NCBI RefSeq assembly: GCF_006345805.1
Contig: NC_042997.1
Span: forward strand, 141,484,001-141,548,000
Length of the DNA: 64,000 nucleotides
Direction: 5' to 3'
Source of the DNA: Octopus sinensis
Lineage: Eukaryota
Shown here piece by piece: positions 52,995-64,000 of this stretch. Numbering within the stretch: position 1 is the first letter of the stretch; each line of letters begins with the position of its first letter. The position numbers and the translations under genes are program-made. The notes under the pieces are model-generated. The model was not told the origin of the DNA. It saw only the letters and a program-made list of their open reading frames with translations, and made no database searches.

Positions 52995-53075
52995 ATAATA
53001 TATATATATATATAATAATATATATATATAATATTATATATATATATATATATTATATATATATATGTATGTATA

Positions 53076-53151
<76 letters not shown>

Positions 53152-53549
53152 TATATATATTATATTTTTGTATACATCAGACGACATTACCCAATGTAAT
53201 CTTTCGTCACTTTAAAAAATATAATAGAATATGAAAAAGAAACAAAAATATTGAAATATCTTTATAAGAAAGAATGAAATAAAAATAACGATACAAATTT
53301 AAAGCGTTTAATAACTTTTAAGCATTTGCTGGAAAAATCGAAAGTTATAAAATATCAAAAATATAGAATATAGTAAAATTTCCAATATGCGGGAAGATTT
53401 TCTTAGTTTATGACGTATGTGCACATGCATACACTTACACACATGCATACACACACGCACACACATACTCATGCACGCACATACGAACACATACACACGC
53501 ACACACACACACACACATACACATACACACACACACACCACATATATAT

Positions 53550-53610
<61 letters not shown>

Positions 53611-53790
53611 TGTATGGATATTCTTATACATCTGCATGTATTTATTTGCATATTTTCATAAATATATATATACGTATATATGTTTATATATGCGTATGTA
53701 TTTATATATATATATGTGTGTGTGCATATATGTATATATATAAATATATATATGTATGTATTTATGTATATATATATATATATATAATAT
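52963..53790. repeat. Two (TA)/(CA) microsatellite fields
   Basis: 52963-53165 and 53420-53790. Confidence 0.93.
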
Positions 53791-53925
53791 ATTCATATAT
53801 ACATAAAGTTTTAGAAACTTTACAATATTTGAAGATTTTCTTAAATTAAAAATTATTAATTAATTACATAAAATTAAGTTAACCAAACAGTATGACATGA
53901 ATCATTTTGAAGCAAATTTTCGTGT

Positions 53926-54330
53926 TATGTTAAGCGCTTTTTTCAGTTTTCAGCTCTTCAGACACACATGTTATATATAAGGTAATCGTTATAGAGGTAG
54001 CTATTTTTAGTGGTAGTGTAAACTTTCTAAGGTTTGGTTCCGGGTTTAGAATCATTATGAGGTATCTTGCGTTTGCCTTTCCTAGTCGATCATTTTCTTC
54101 CTTTATTTTGACAAAGGGAGTATATCTGAAATTTTCCCTTTGGTTAAATGTGTAGATTTTCATACATAGAATATTCCTAAGAAATTAATCTTTGACTTGT
54201 TTCTTATATAATCTAACTTGATGCATTAATTTTGGTACCGTTTCACCGATATAATACCCATTGCATTCTTGGCATGTGGTGCTGTAAATGAGATTTTAAT
54301 GTACAACTTAAATTCTACTCTCTTATAGAA
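53926..54330 (-). mobile_element. Penelope-like element GIY-YIG fragment 1
   Basis: NLIYSTTCQECNGYYIGET, followed by ..ARYLIMILNPEPN; hammerhead-like motif at the 3' end. Confidence 0.8.
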
Positions 54331-54929
54331 ATATTAGCTGTTGCCGATGCCAAAATAGAGGCATAGGTACATCATAGGTAATATTTGAGGAAAGCAGCGG
54401 TGGTAAAAGTGAAGCAAGAAAAAAGAACTTAGTTAATATGAATTACCAAATTGAATAATCTTACCTTTTCGAAATTTTGTTATATAATGACAGCAAGGAA
54501 ATTACATCTTTTCCAAATTCCTCTTGAGTGTTATACAGCACTGTAAATTATAACATCAATTTCCTCTTTTGATCTTAACTCGTGTTGTGAAATAGTATTA
54601 CGCATCTATCCTCAAACTTCTCTCCTGAAGAGTTTTCGAATTCATGTATTATTAATAGCGAACTGACACAATTTCTCAGTACAACTTTACTAGAGTGAAA
54701 TTCAGTCAATTACTACACCACAGATGTGCGACGAAATGTTCTGATACTTTATAACAGTTAATGCTGTGTAAAAATGAACGAATGTAAATTGAATATTTTT
54801 GTGCTTCTGTATTGCAGCTAATTGTTTCAACTACAACACAAACTCAGGTCAAGACATTTGACAAAATAAGGACACCTCAAACACATACTGGGGCACCACC
54901 ATGAATGGTTAGTGTCTAATAAATGAACT

Positions 54930-55760
54930 TCAGTACTTATTTCTGCAGAACTGACATCGGTAATGAGACACACATAGACACAAAGATATACGCACATACC
55001 TATATAAATATATATGAGTGTAAGATATTCCTGGTGTATGCAGGGAGAGAAGATTTCATCCATAATGTTTAAGATGTTATCTGTTGATTGTATAATGCTT
55101 AATTTTTCAGTAATACAGAGTTCACATTTGGTACCCTGCCCTCTGTAATTTTTGGCTTTAACAATAATTTTCCACATTCTTGTTCCACTTTCTTTCAATG
55201 TCCATATCATATATGATACGGATGTCGCATGCTTTTTGTTTTTTTGTTTTTTTGTCTCCGAATAATGCAAGATGTTGTGTATACCTTTCCTTGAACGAAT
55301 TGCCCGTCATTCCGATATATGTCTTTGCTATTCCGTTGGGGTCCGTAATATTGGCCTTGTATACGAGTTCTTTCTCGACGCAGTTGTTTAGAGGGCAGCG
55401 GTTTGGGGATCTGAAGTTACATTGTTTTTCTGGTGTGTTTCTGGTGTATTTATGCTTATTGTGATTGAGTATTAATGACCCTACTTTGGGGAGGCAACTA
55501 TAGCTAACTTTAACAGTATTCTGTTGAAGATCTAGTGGAATTTGTGCGAATGAGGAAAGTGGCTGTCTATTAGATTTAAGAATTTTCTAGCTGTGTTAGA
55601 ATGCTATAAGGTGGGTTGAACCATAAGAATTTTCTCTGTATCTTCTTGGTCTATTTATATTTGGTTCCATGTGGTGTCTGCTATTCTTGAACTTTCTAAT
55701 GCAGCATTATAATATAGGGAAATATTTCTAAAGTACCTTTATAGATGGATAAATTGAAGA
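54930..55760 (-). mobile_element. Penelope-like element fragment 2 (Naiad-like linker and GIY-YIG)
   Basis: FLNLIDSHFPHSHKFH, TVKVSYSCLP, CNFRSPNRCPLNNCVEKELVYKA, TYIGMTGNSFKERYTQH, IWTLKE, CELCITEK, EIFSPCIH. Confidence 0.9.
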
Positions 55761-55829
55761 CACGTCAGCTAACCACTTGTTTAATTACTGCTTGCTAGTA
55801 TTGTTAACCATTTGTTTAATCTTTCACCA

Positions 55830-56400
55830 GAACTAATTCAACAAATGTTAACAACTTGTTCAAGGAAACGTATGCACAACATCTTGTATCATTCAGAGAC
55901 AAAAACAAAAAGCACGCGACATCACTCTGAAATATATGAACACTGAATGAAAGTAGAATAAGCAACCCCCTCACCCCAGGTACAATGGAATATCATTACT
56001 AAAGCCAAAAAGTACAGAGGACGGAGTACCAAATGTGAACTCTGAATTGCTGAAAAATTAAACATTATACAATCAAAAGATACCATCTTAAACATTAGGA
56101 ATGAAATCTTCTCTCCCTGCAGACACAAGCAATAAAGAGCCCCTATAAACGAGGGTATCCCTACTAGGATAGCCTCTTTCCTAAACGTGAACATACATAG
56201 CACAAAAACTTGACACAAAGAAGAAATATGCCCCAATGACAAACTACCTCAACATACAAGTACAAGAACACCATGCCCAAAACAACAATAAAACAAAATA
56301 ATTCAAAATTATAGAAACAAATTAATCACACAAAACAAATTTACTCAAAGACAAATCCGAGGGAGACAAACACCCAAAAGATATAACTCAAGAGTAACGT
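55830..56400 (+). mobile_element. Penelope-like element fragment 3, inverted relative to fragment 2
   Basis: FKETYAQH, KHATSL, WNIITKAKKYRGRSTKCEL*IAEKLNIIQSKDTILNIRNEIFSPCRHKQ*. The 3' limit is uncertain. Confidence 0.88.
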
Positions 56401-56599
56401 CCTCTGATTCATTGATTCATTGTTTTATTTACGCGAATTTACGAGAAATCCTGTGAATGAAGCCAGACTGTTATCCACAATGGAAGAGAACACCTTTTTC
56501 CATGTGAGCTGCATGAAAAATTGTTAAAACACTATGATATTTTCCTACATTTCTTAACATGAAACCAATGGTAGCCTTAATTCACAATTAAAGAATATA

Positions 56600-56682
<83 letters not shown>

Positions 56683-56780
56683 TTTACGAAAAAAACAAAA
56701 AACGAAGACAGGTGGTGTACAAAACAAACAGGTGTATTAGTATAACGCTCAGGAATACAAAAAGTATTTTACGTTTCGAA

Positions 56781-57166
56781 CTTTTACTTCTTTCAGTCAT
56801 ATGATTGCAGCCATGCTGGAGCACCGCCTTTAGTCGAGCAAATCTACCCCAGGACTAATTCTTTGTAAACCTAGTACTTATTTTATCGGTCTAAGTTACG
56901 GGGACGTAAACACCCCAACAGCGGTTGTCAAGCGATGTTGGGGGTCAAACACAGACGCACAAACACATACACACGCATACATAAATATATATATAAATAT
57001 AAATACGACGGGCTGCTTTCAGTTTCCGTCTACCATATCCACTCAAGCCTTTGATCGACCCGAGGCTATAGCAGAAGACAATTGCCCAAGGTGCCACACA
57101 GTGGAAGTAAACCCGGAACTATGTGGTTTGTAAGAAATCTACTTACCATACAGCCACACACGCGCC
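56781..57166 (-). mobile_element. SINE B, full length
   Basis: Reverse complement colinear with 32149-32560. Confidence 0.9.
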
Positions 57167-57213
<47 letters not shown>

Positions 57214-58670
57214 TATATATATATCTTCTATAAAGCACCTTTGCAATTTGAAGTGTGGAAATTGTAACGATAACGTGTGGACGCGCTGTATATACGTGTG
57301 TGCGTTTGTGTGTGTGTATGTGTGTGTGTGAGTGTGCGTGTGTATGTCTGTGTGTGAAGTCCAATTTCAACTTCCACGAAGATAAACACCCATTAAAGAA
57401 TATTTCTCACCCCAAAATGTCAAAGAATATACCGTATTCATCACACTTGTTAAATACAAATACTCTATTGATTGACTACCATGTCGCAAGGCTTCGTAAA
57501 AATTCAAGTTAAGTCACACATTCCTTTACGTGAAACTCAGGCAGTGAAATCATACACATTTCATTCACTTCAATCAATTTGTCGATAACTGTCTACATCA
57601 TCATCTCTTTTTAAAAAGAAATGTGAAAAGTTTGTAATAGTCGTTCACTGTAAATACACACACACACACACACATATATATATACTGGAGGAGGATGGGA
57701 GGGAGAAAAATGATGAGAAAAATATCCACGAAGACGACAACGTTGATGATGATGATGATGACTACGACGACATAATCTGAAGTCAATATTTCACGCTCAA
57801 TTATATCAGGACTGTCAAAACAATAAAATGAAGTGAAGTCTACAGTAGCCTTAATATATACAATTACCTGACATTCCTATCCGTTTATAATATTGGCAAT
57901 TATAACGGCAGTGTAATTATCATCAATAAATACAATTGGGTAGTAAAGAATCGGATTTTTTTTCTCCTCTTTTGATTTTGGTATATGTTGAGTTATTTTC
58001 TATAATTTTAGTTTTTAATATATTTCTGACGGTAAATGTATTATTTTGCAATTCTCTGTAACTAAGAGAACAATTTCCTGTTCGATAATTTAATTGCAGA
58101 GTTGATGTCATGATTGAGACGTAAAAGCATAAAGAGAAGATATCAATTCTACTCAGTCTCGTGAAAATAGAAATAAATTAGGCGGTTGCTTGAGTGAAAT
58201 TTGAAAGATGGGTGAAAAATGCTTGAATAATAATCGTTTCAAAATGTTTGGATTGTCTTTAAGTTAGAATAATAATGAATAATGAGCTCTTCATTTAGTG
58301 AGATAGAAATAGAAATTCGGTCTTATTTCTAATTACAAATAGATTAGTTACACTAAGTTTTTACTGATTAAAGAGGAAAATATGCGAGAGTACAGATCTA
58401 TCTGAAAGTACCCAGGGCAAGCAATGATAAGTAGAAAATTTAAGACAAGAAAGTCTGATATTATAATTCATCTCATATTACAAAGGTAAAATTCATTCTT
58501 TGTAAGTTTCCAGACATCTATGTTAAAGAGGTTTCGCTTCTTTCGCATGTACTAAAAAAAAAAAAACAAATGATATCTTAAATAAGTTTTATAATAAGTT
58601 TACTTTATCCTGACAAATTTCGAAAGGAGGTATACAAAGTTTTATCCAAAATGGTTTAGTAAGTGATTAT

Positions 58671-59121
58671 GGATCTTTATCTTTTCACCGATATATTTTC
58701 AAAATAATTTTTGTAACTAAACACTTTCAAACTTCGTATACTTGTAGATTGTGTCACCTAAAACATCGATATAGTGGTGCCATGAAGTAAATATACTTCA
58801 GATACAACCGTTTATCCATACAAACGTAACTGAGATGAAATATGTCATAAATAACAGTGACAAACGAAATTTACACCGCCGGAAGTTGCTGTTGACAAAC
58901 AACAGCAGTAATTTTATTCAGCTGAATTCACGTCATTGATTGGTTGAAATTACCGAAATACGACAACTTTAACAAAAAATAACTTTCAAAATACAGAATT
59001 TTCTCAACAACGCCAAGAGAAAAAGATGTGTTATGTGACACAATCTACCATTAAACGATGTTTGAAAGTGTTTAGTTACAAAAATTATTTTTTAAATCTG
59101 TCGGTCAAAAGGTAAAGATCC
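58671..59121. mobile_element. Mutator (MULE)-type MITE
   Basis: ~97-bp TIRs ggatcttta...aaaacatc / gatgtgtt...taaagatcc. Perfect 9-bp TSD agtgattat at 58662-58670 and 59122-59130. Confidence 0.9.
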
Positions 59122-60238
59122 AGTGATTATTTTATTAAAAATTTTAAAGAAAAACCTAATAGGCCTAAAATATATTTATCATATTTTATATGTTAAAAAC
59201 ATCACACTAAATCCGTTAAATCCGTTTTGTTTTCTTTGAATCATTCTCGTATTTTGTAGCTTTTATCAAATCTCTACTCTGACTTTTTTTCGTTGTGTTA
59301 CATAACGATAAACCTATAAATATGTGTCACAATACTGTCGCAGATTGTACTCAAGTTTCTCTGCTTCAAACAGGATCCTGTCTTTGCAATTAAATTTCTA
59401 ATGGATGAATGCAAGGTTTACAATTCAATTCCAACTCCGGACCCTCAGCACACAAGCCCAGTGCGAGAAGCATTAACTACAGTAGTTTTGATCATGACAG
59501 TTTTGTTGTAAAGTTTCGCATCCCCCATGGGCAAAGACACTTTTGAGCCTACGCTTTAACGAGCAGGTATTAAGAGCCAAAGAAAATTACACCTACTTTT
59601 CACTTAACACCTAAACGTGGTTGACTCCGCTCTTCGCCCTCCCCACGTTTGCTACACATGTGGATCATGATGGCCAAATGTGAACTTTCATTGTTAGAAG
59701 ATATATATTATCTTCGAAATTGATTTTTTTAGTTACGACAAAGTCAGGAACATATTAATTGCTATAACTAGATAGGCTTTTAACCATAGAAACACGTCAA
59801 GCAATCAAAACTTTTTGTTGTTTTTGTAAAAGGTTTCATACGCCAACATCAGAAATCTCCCATTTTTGTATCGAACGAAACATTTATTGACGTACAGTAT
59901 AAAACACAACAGGCAGCTACATTATAATCACCGAAAATTATAATCTTAAGGTCTCATGCGACATAAATGAAAGCAATTATATTAATTGAGGATTAATCAT
60001 TCTTGAATCACATGTACACGAACATGCTCATCATAAATCAATGCTGCAAAAAAAAAATTATTATCCTTTTATTCTTTTTTTCTATAAATATTTCTGTCAT
60101 TCGTTCGCAATCTCAGTACTTAAACTGATATTCATTTCATCGATTTCTATTTATTAAATCATTGTTTTCATTATTGTAAGTTACGTAACTGTCAAGAAGT
60201 AAATTCAGTTTAAAAACGTAAATATTGCAAGGTATTTC

Positions 60239-60670
60239 GGCAAGCACGGCTGTGAGTATAAGTTTGCTTTCTAACCATATAGTTTCGATTTCAGTCCCAC
60301 AGCATGGCACCTTGAGCAAATGTCCTCTACAATAGACCTGGGCCCACTAAAGCCTTGCGAGTGGATTTGGTAGATGTCAACTGAAGATAACCCGTCGTGT
60401 AGATATACATATATATATATACATGGTGTGTGTGTGTGTGTGTGACTGTGTGCATATTTGAATATCCTTGTCTTAACATCATGATTATTTTAAACGAGTG
60501 TCATTCATTTCCAGTATCCTGCATAAATGTGTATGGGCATGAGAAAATATTACTTTGCTTGTAAACAGTTGAGGAGATAAGAAGGGCATCTAGCCATATA
60601 AAATCTGCTTTGATAAGCATTGTGCGACCCATACAAGCATGGAAAAGTGGGCGCCAGAAAGGTGATGATA
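60239..60670 (+). mobile_element. SINE B head with alternative (RTE-like) tail
   Basis: B head and microsatellite, then gaagggcatctagccatataaa...gacccatacaagcatggaaaagtgg...gatgat. Confidence 0.78.
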
Positions 60671-62267
60671 ATTTACAGAGAGACATATACGCATATGTGT
60701 GAGCATGTATTTGAATAAACGTATATCTATTCTAATATTTATGTCTTGATTTCTTTCTATAAGTCACTACGTCTGCATATTAACCAGCTACATTTTGTGT
60801 ATCCGAGTGAAACGGGCGGTCGCATTTTTTTTAGATATCTTATTGTTCAGATTACTGAATATTCGAGTAACTTATGACACAGATAATTGATGGTTCGGGT
60901 AACTGATTTGACAGTAAATAAAGAAGCCTTTCTGAGTTTAATTACATTTCAACAATTTATGTTTATAGAGTTTTATGCTATTCAATCAAGAAAATGCTAT
61001 ACTCCCGTGCAATCTTTACCACCTTTGCACCATAATCTTGACGTTGGAAAATCTCGCTTTTTTCAATTGATTGTTAACGGTTTCCGCTTTTTCTCGAAAG
61101 ACATGGTAACTGTAACAAACCTGATTACTTGTAAATAGGCACGTACTCCAAAAACTACATCGTAGAGTGAATGAATTTATTGATGATTTTGCCGTGCTTC
61201 ACCACGTCATTCAATTCTATTTGTTGAATTTATTTTAACAGTTTAAAATGGCCGACTGAGATCAAACAAACGAACTAATCAACACGTGATATTGTAAACA
61301 AAAGAGGCGGTCAACGCACCAGCGTTACTAAGACACTGATATAACGTTTCTTTCTTTTTACTTGTTTGTCAGTAATCTGCATTCACTTTTAGCCATTGTA
61401 AACAAAAGACGAACCAGAACTAGTTTCAAGTTACAAATACACACCCAACTCCTAACGAAATATTCAAGTGACCTTGAGATTTTATTTGGGTAATTACAAG
61501 TAAAATCGAACGTCAGCAGTATTAACTTCTTAGTTTTCTCTGAAGGTGTGTGAACAGGTGGAAACGGTGTTGTCTGATCTTTAAAAAACGAGGGAATAGC
61601 GTCTAGTTCCATTAATGCAAAATTTTCCTAAATTGCAAAAGTTCGACAAATAAAAACATTAAATATGTTATTTCGTGACTTTTCTTTTTAGTATTAGTAT
61701 CGATAAAATTTAGGAGAAAAATTAATTAATCACTTTATTAATTTATCTGTCAATTTATTTATTTATTCGTTGATCAGGCAGACGAGGGAAACATTTTCAA
61801 AACGGAGTTGATTGTCTATTCACATGACATCCGTGTTACACAACGCATTAAGCCTTTAAATGTAAATACTTTCAATGTTTCCCTGAGATCATTTACTGTA
61901 AACTTAATAATAATATTTGGTGTTTTTGCTGAGCTGAAGGAAAGCAATGATCAAGCAGATCAACAACGTTCTAAACATCGCCATTTCGTATTTTTTGTAT
62001 ATCTATGATTCTAACGTCTCATGTATCCTTATTTTCAAGACGGTAAAGTGATTCGAGAGAAGTTTTGCGGTTATTTATAGCAAGTCTGAAAACCGTACAA
62101 AAGCTCTCTTGAGAACTCTCAGTGTAACAAAGATTTCCATCAGAGCTGCTGAATCTTAATGTCTTAATATTAAACTCAACAAGTAACAATAATGTAAATA
62201 CACTTTCTAGTTTTTGTTATGACACTTTTGTCTCCTACAATTATGGTTACCACTGTCTTATCACAGT

Positions 62268-62569
62268 GGAAGCGCGATGGCCTAGTGGTTAGGGCAGTGG
62301 ACTCGCTGTTGGTTCGCGGTTTCGATTCCCAGACCGGGCGTTGTTTGTGTTTATTGAGCTAAAACACCTAAAGCTCCACGAAGCTCCGGCAGGGGCTGGT
62401 GGCGACCCCTGTTGTACTCTTTCGCCCCAACTTTCTCTCACTCTTTCTTCCTGTTTCTTGAGTAACGCTGCGATGGACTGGCGTTCCGTCCAGCTGGGGG
62501 GAGCACATACGCCACAGAAAACGGGAAACCGGGCCCATGAGCCTGGCTAGAAAAGGGCGCATAAAAAAA
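62268..62569 (+). mobile_element. tRNA-derived SINE, C-like head, tail 2
   Basis: A-box tggcctagtgg, B-box gtttcgattcc, ctgcgatggactggcgttccgtccag domain, poly(A). TSD atcacagt at 62260-62267 and 62570-62577. Confidence 0.88.
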
Positions 62570-62670
62570 ATCACAGTTTTCAACGTATTTCTTGTACAAC
62601 TATGGAAAGTTGTCTCCTGTTTATTGCTAATGTTATGATTTTGTCACAAAGTTTATATATCAAAGATACT

Positions 62671-62926
62671 GTGGCTGTGTAGTAAGAAGTTTGCTTCCAA
62701 ACCACATGGTTCAGGGTTCAGTCCTACTGCGTGGTACCTGGGGCAAGTGTCTTCTACTATAGTTTCAGGCCGACCAAAGCCTTGTGACTAAGTTTGGTAG
62801 ACGGAAACTAAAAGAAGCCCTTCATGGGATTCGTGGCAATTTATATGTACGGGGTGCAGGGCTGCATCGATAACCAGCTGGCGAAAGATATGGAACAACT
62901 ACTTTGATGTGGCAATTAACTTTACT

Positions 62927-62972
<46 letters not shown>

Positions 62973-63010
62973 GTATACATGTATACATATATATATGTAT
63001 ATGTATATAT

Positions 63011-63067
<57 letters not shown>

Positions 63068-63400
63068 TATACACATATATATACACATATATATACACAT
63101 ATTTATACATATACATATATGTGTGGGGGTGTATGTGTGTATATATACATGCACTTGTGCGTATGTGAATGTGTTTATGTGTGTGTCTGTGTCTGTGTTT
63201 ATCCCCACCACCACTTGATAACCAGTGTTGCTGTGTTTCTGTCCCCGTAACTTAGCGGTTCAATAAAATCGATCGATAGAATAAGTACTAGGCTTCAAAA
63301 ATAAAAAGATAAGTCATAGGGTTGATTTGTTTGAATAAAACCCTTCAAGGTGAATGCCCTGCATGGCCGCAGTCAAATGAGTGAAAGAAATATGTAAAAG
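62671..63400 (+). mobile_element. SINE B with expanded microsatellite and ~110-bp insert
   Basis: Head 62671-62820, foreign 62821-62930, repeats 62932-63200, 3' part to ~63400. Confidence 0.85.
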
Positions 63401-63540
63401 TTAAAATATCTGTTTTAGTTACGGAATTACAGCCACGGTGGAACGATGCATTTTGAGTTTAATTTTTAGTCGATCACATCGACTAAAATACGTTGTCTGT
63501 AAATATTTAATTGACGAAATGGAGAAAGAAGCAGGATGCG

Positions 63541-63615
63541 ATTTTTTTTTTTTTCCAAGAGAGTTCCGAACCCCAGTAATAAACTCATTTGCATACAGCC
63601 AATCAGAGCTCACCA
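63541..63615 (+). mobile_element. Third copy of the 41412 TIR sequence
   Basis: ttttccaagagagttccgaaccccagtaataaactcatttgcatacagccaatcagagctca. Confidence 0.8.
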
Positions 63616-64000
63616 TGAAAATCCACATATTGCTTACTATTACAGTACAGCTAGGCAGGTAGAAGAATGGTGTATGCCACTCTGTAAGTACAGCATAGCA
63701 GGTATCACATAAGCACCACATCCCCACCACCATCCTCATAGATCAATTGAGCTCTATATGGAGCTAAGATTAGGTACCTATTCTCAGACTGAAATTAGTG
63801 ATATTGCATGGAGGGTGCAATACGATACAACGCCATATTGATTACGATGCTTCCAGATCAACACCAACATTTTAAATTAGGATTGTGCGAAATCAGTCAA
63901 AAAATTAGGAAACTACACTCATTTACATTTTCCAGTAAATTACGCAAATTGGCAACATTTATAGCATCATCGGTGAACAGCTTCCCATTCAGTTTATACA

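Noticed and set aside
59320-59547. Open frame DPVFAIKFLMDECK... after an AG, a candidate exon
   Set aside because: No recognisable homology or donor site; part of it looks like a degenerate tRNA-SINE head on the minus strand.
62268-62340. Possible tRNA gene
   Set aside because: A and B boxes are present but there is no complete cloverleaf; it continues into a SINE body with poly(A) and TSD.

Overview
AT-rich, repeat-saturated animal non-coding DNA, probably from a coleoid cephalopod (Octopus-like). This is inferred from the tRNA-derived SINE families and the extreme (TA)n/(TAA)n/(GATA)n load, not from a database hit. I found no credible host protein-coding gene, rRNA, functional tRNA or CRISPR array. 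Nearly all ORFs in the track are microsatellite artefacts or transposon fragments. Retroelements present: about 30 SINE copies of three families (monomers, fixed-junction dimers, arrays, many with visible TSDs), a stack of R4/Dong-type LINEs in (TAA)n tracts, RTE and CR1-type remnants, and three Penelope-like (GIY-YIG) fragments. DNA transposons present: five mariner relics, a near full-length Tigger/pogo, a DD37D (maT) relic, piggyBac- and Mutator-type MITEs, and hAT ends. I see no new multi-gene system. The best leads are at mobile-element level: (i) an unclassified TIR element whose ends carry octamer and CCAAT motifs and which encloses a decayed AT-hook ORF; (ii) a Naiad-like Penelope copy with TGA at a conserved cysteine (possible selenocysteine relic) plus hammerhead-like motifs; (iii) SINE-seeded (TAA)n tracts as landing pads for R4/Dong LINEs; (iv) a composite SINE dimer, with two copies forming a close inverted pair. 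Coordinates were read by eye and fuzzy ends may be off by tens of bases.
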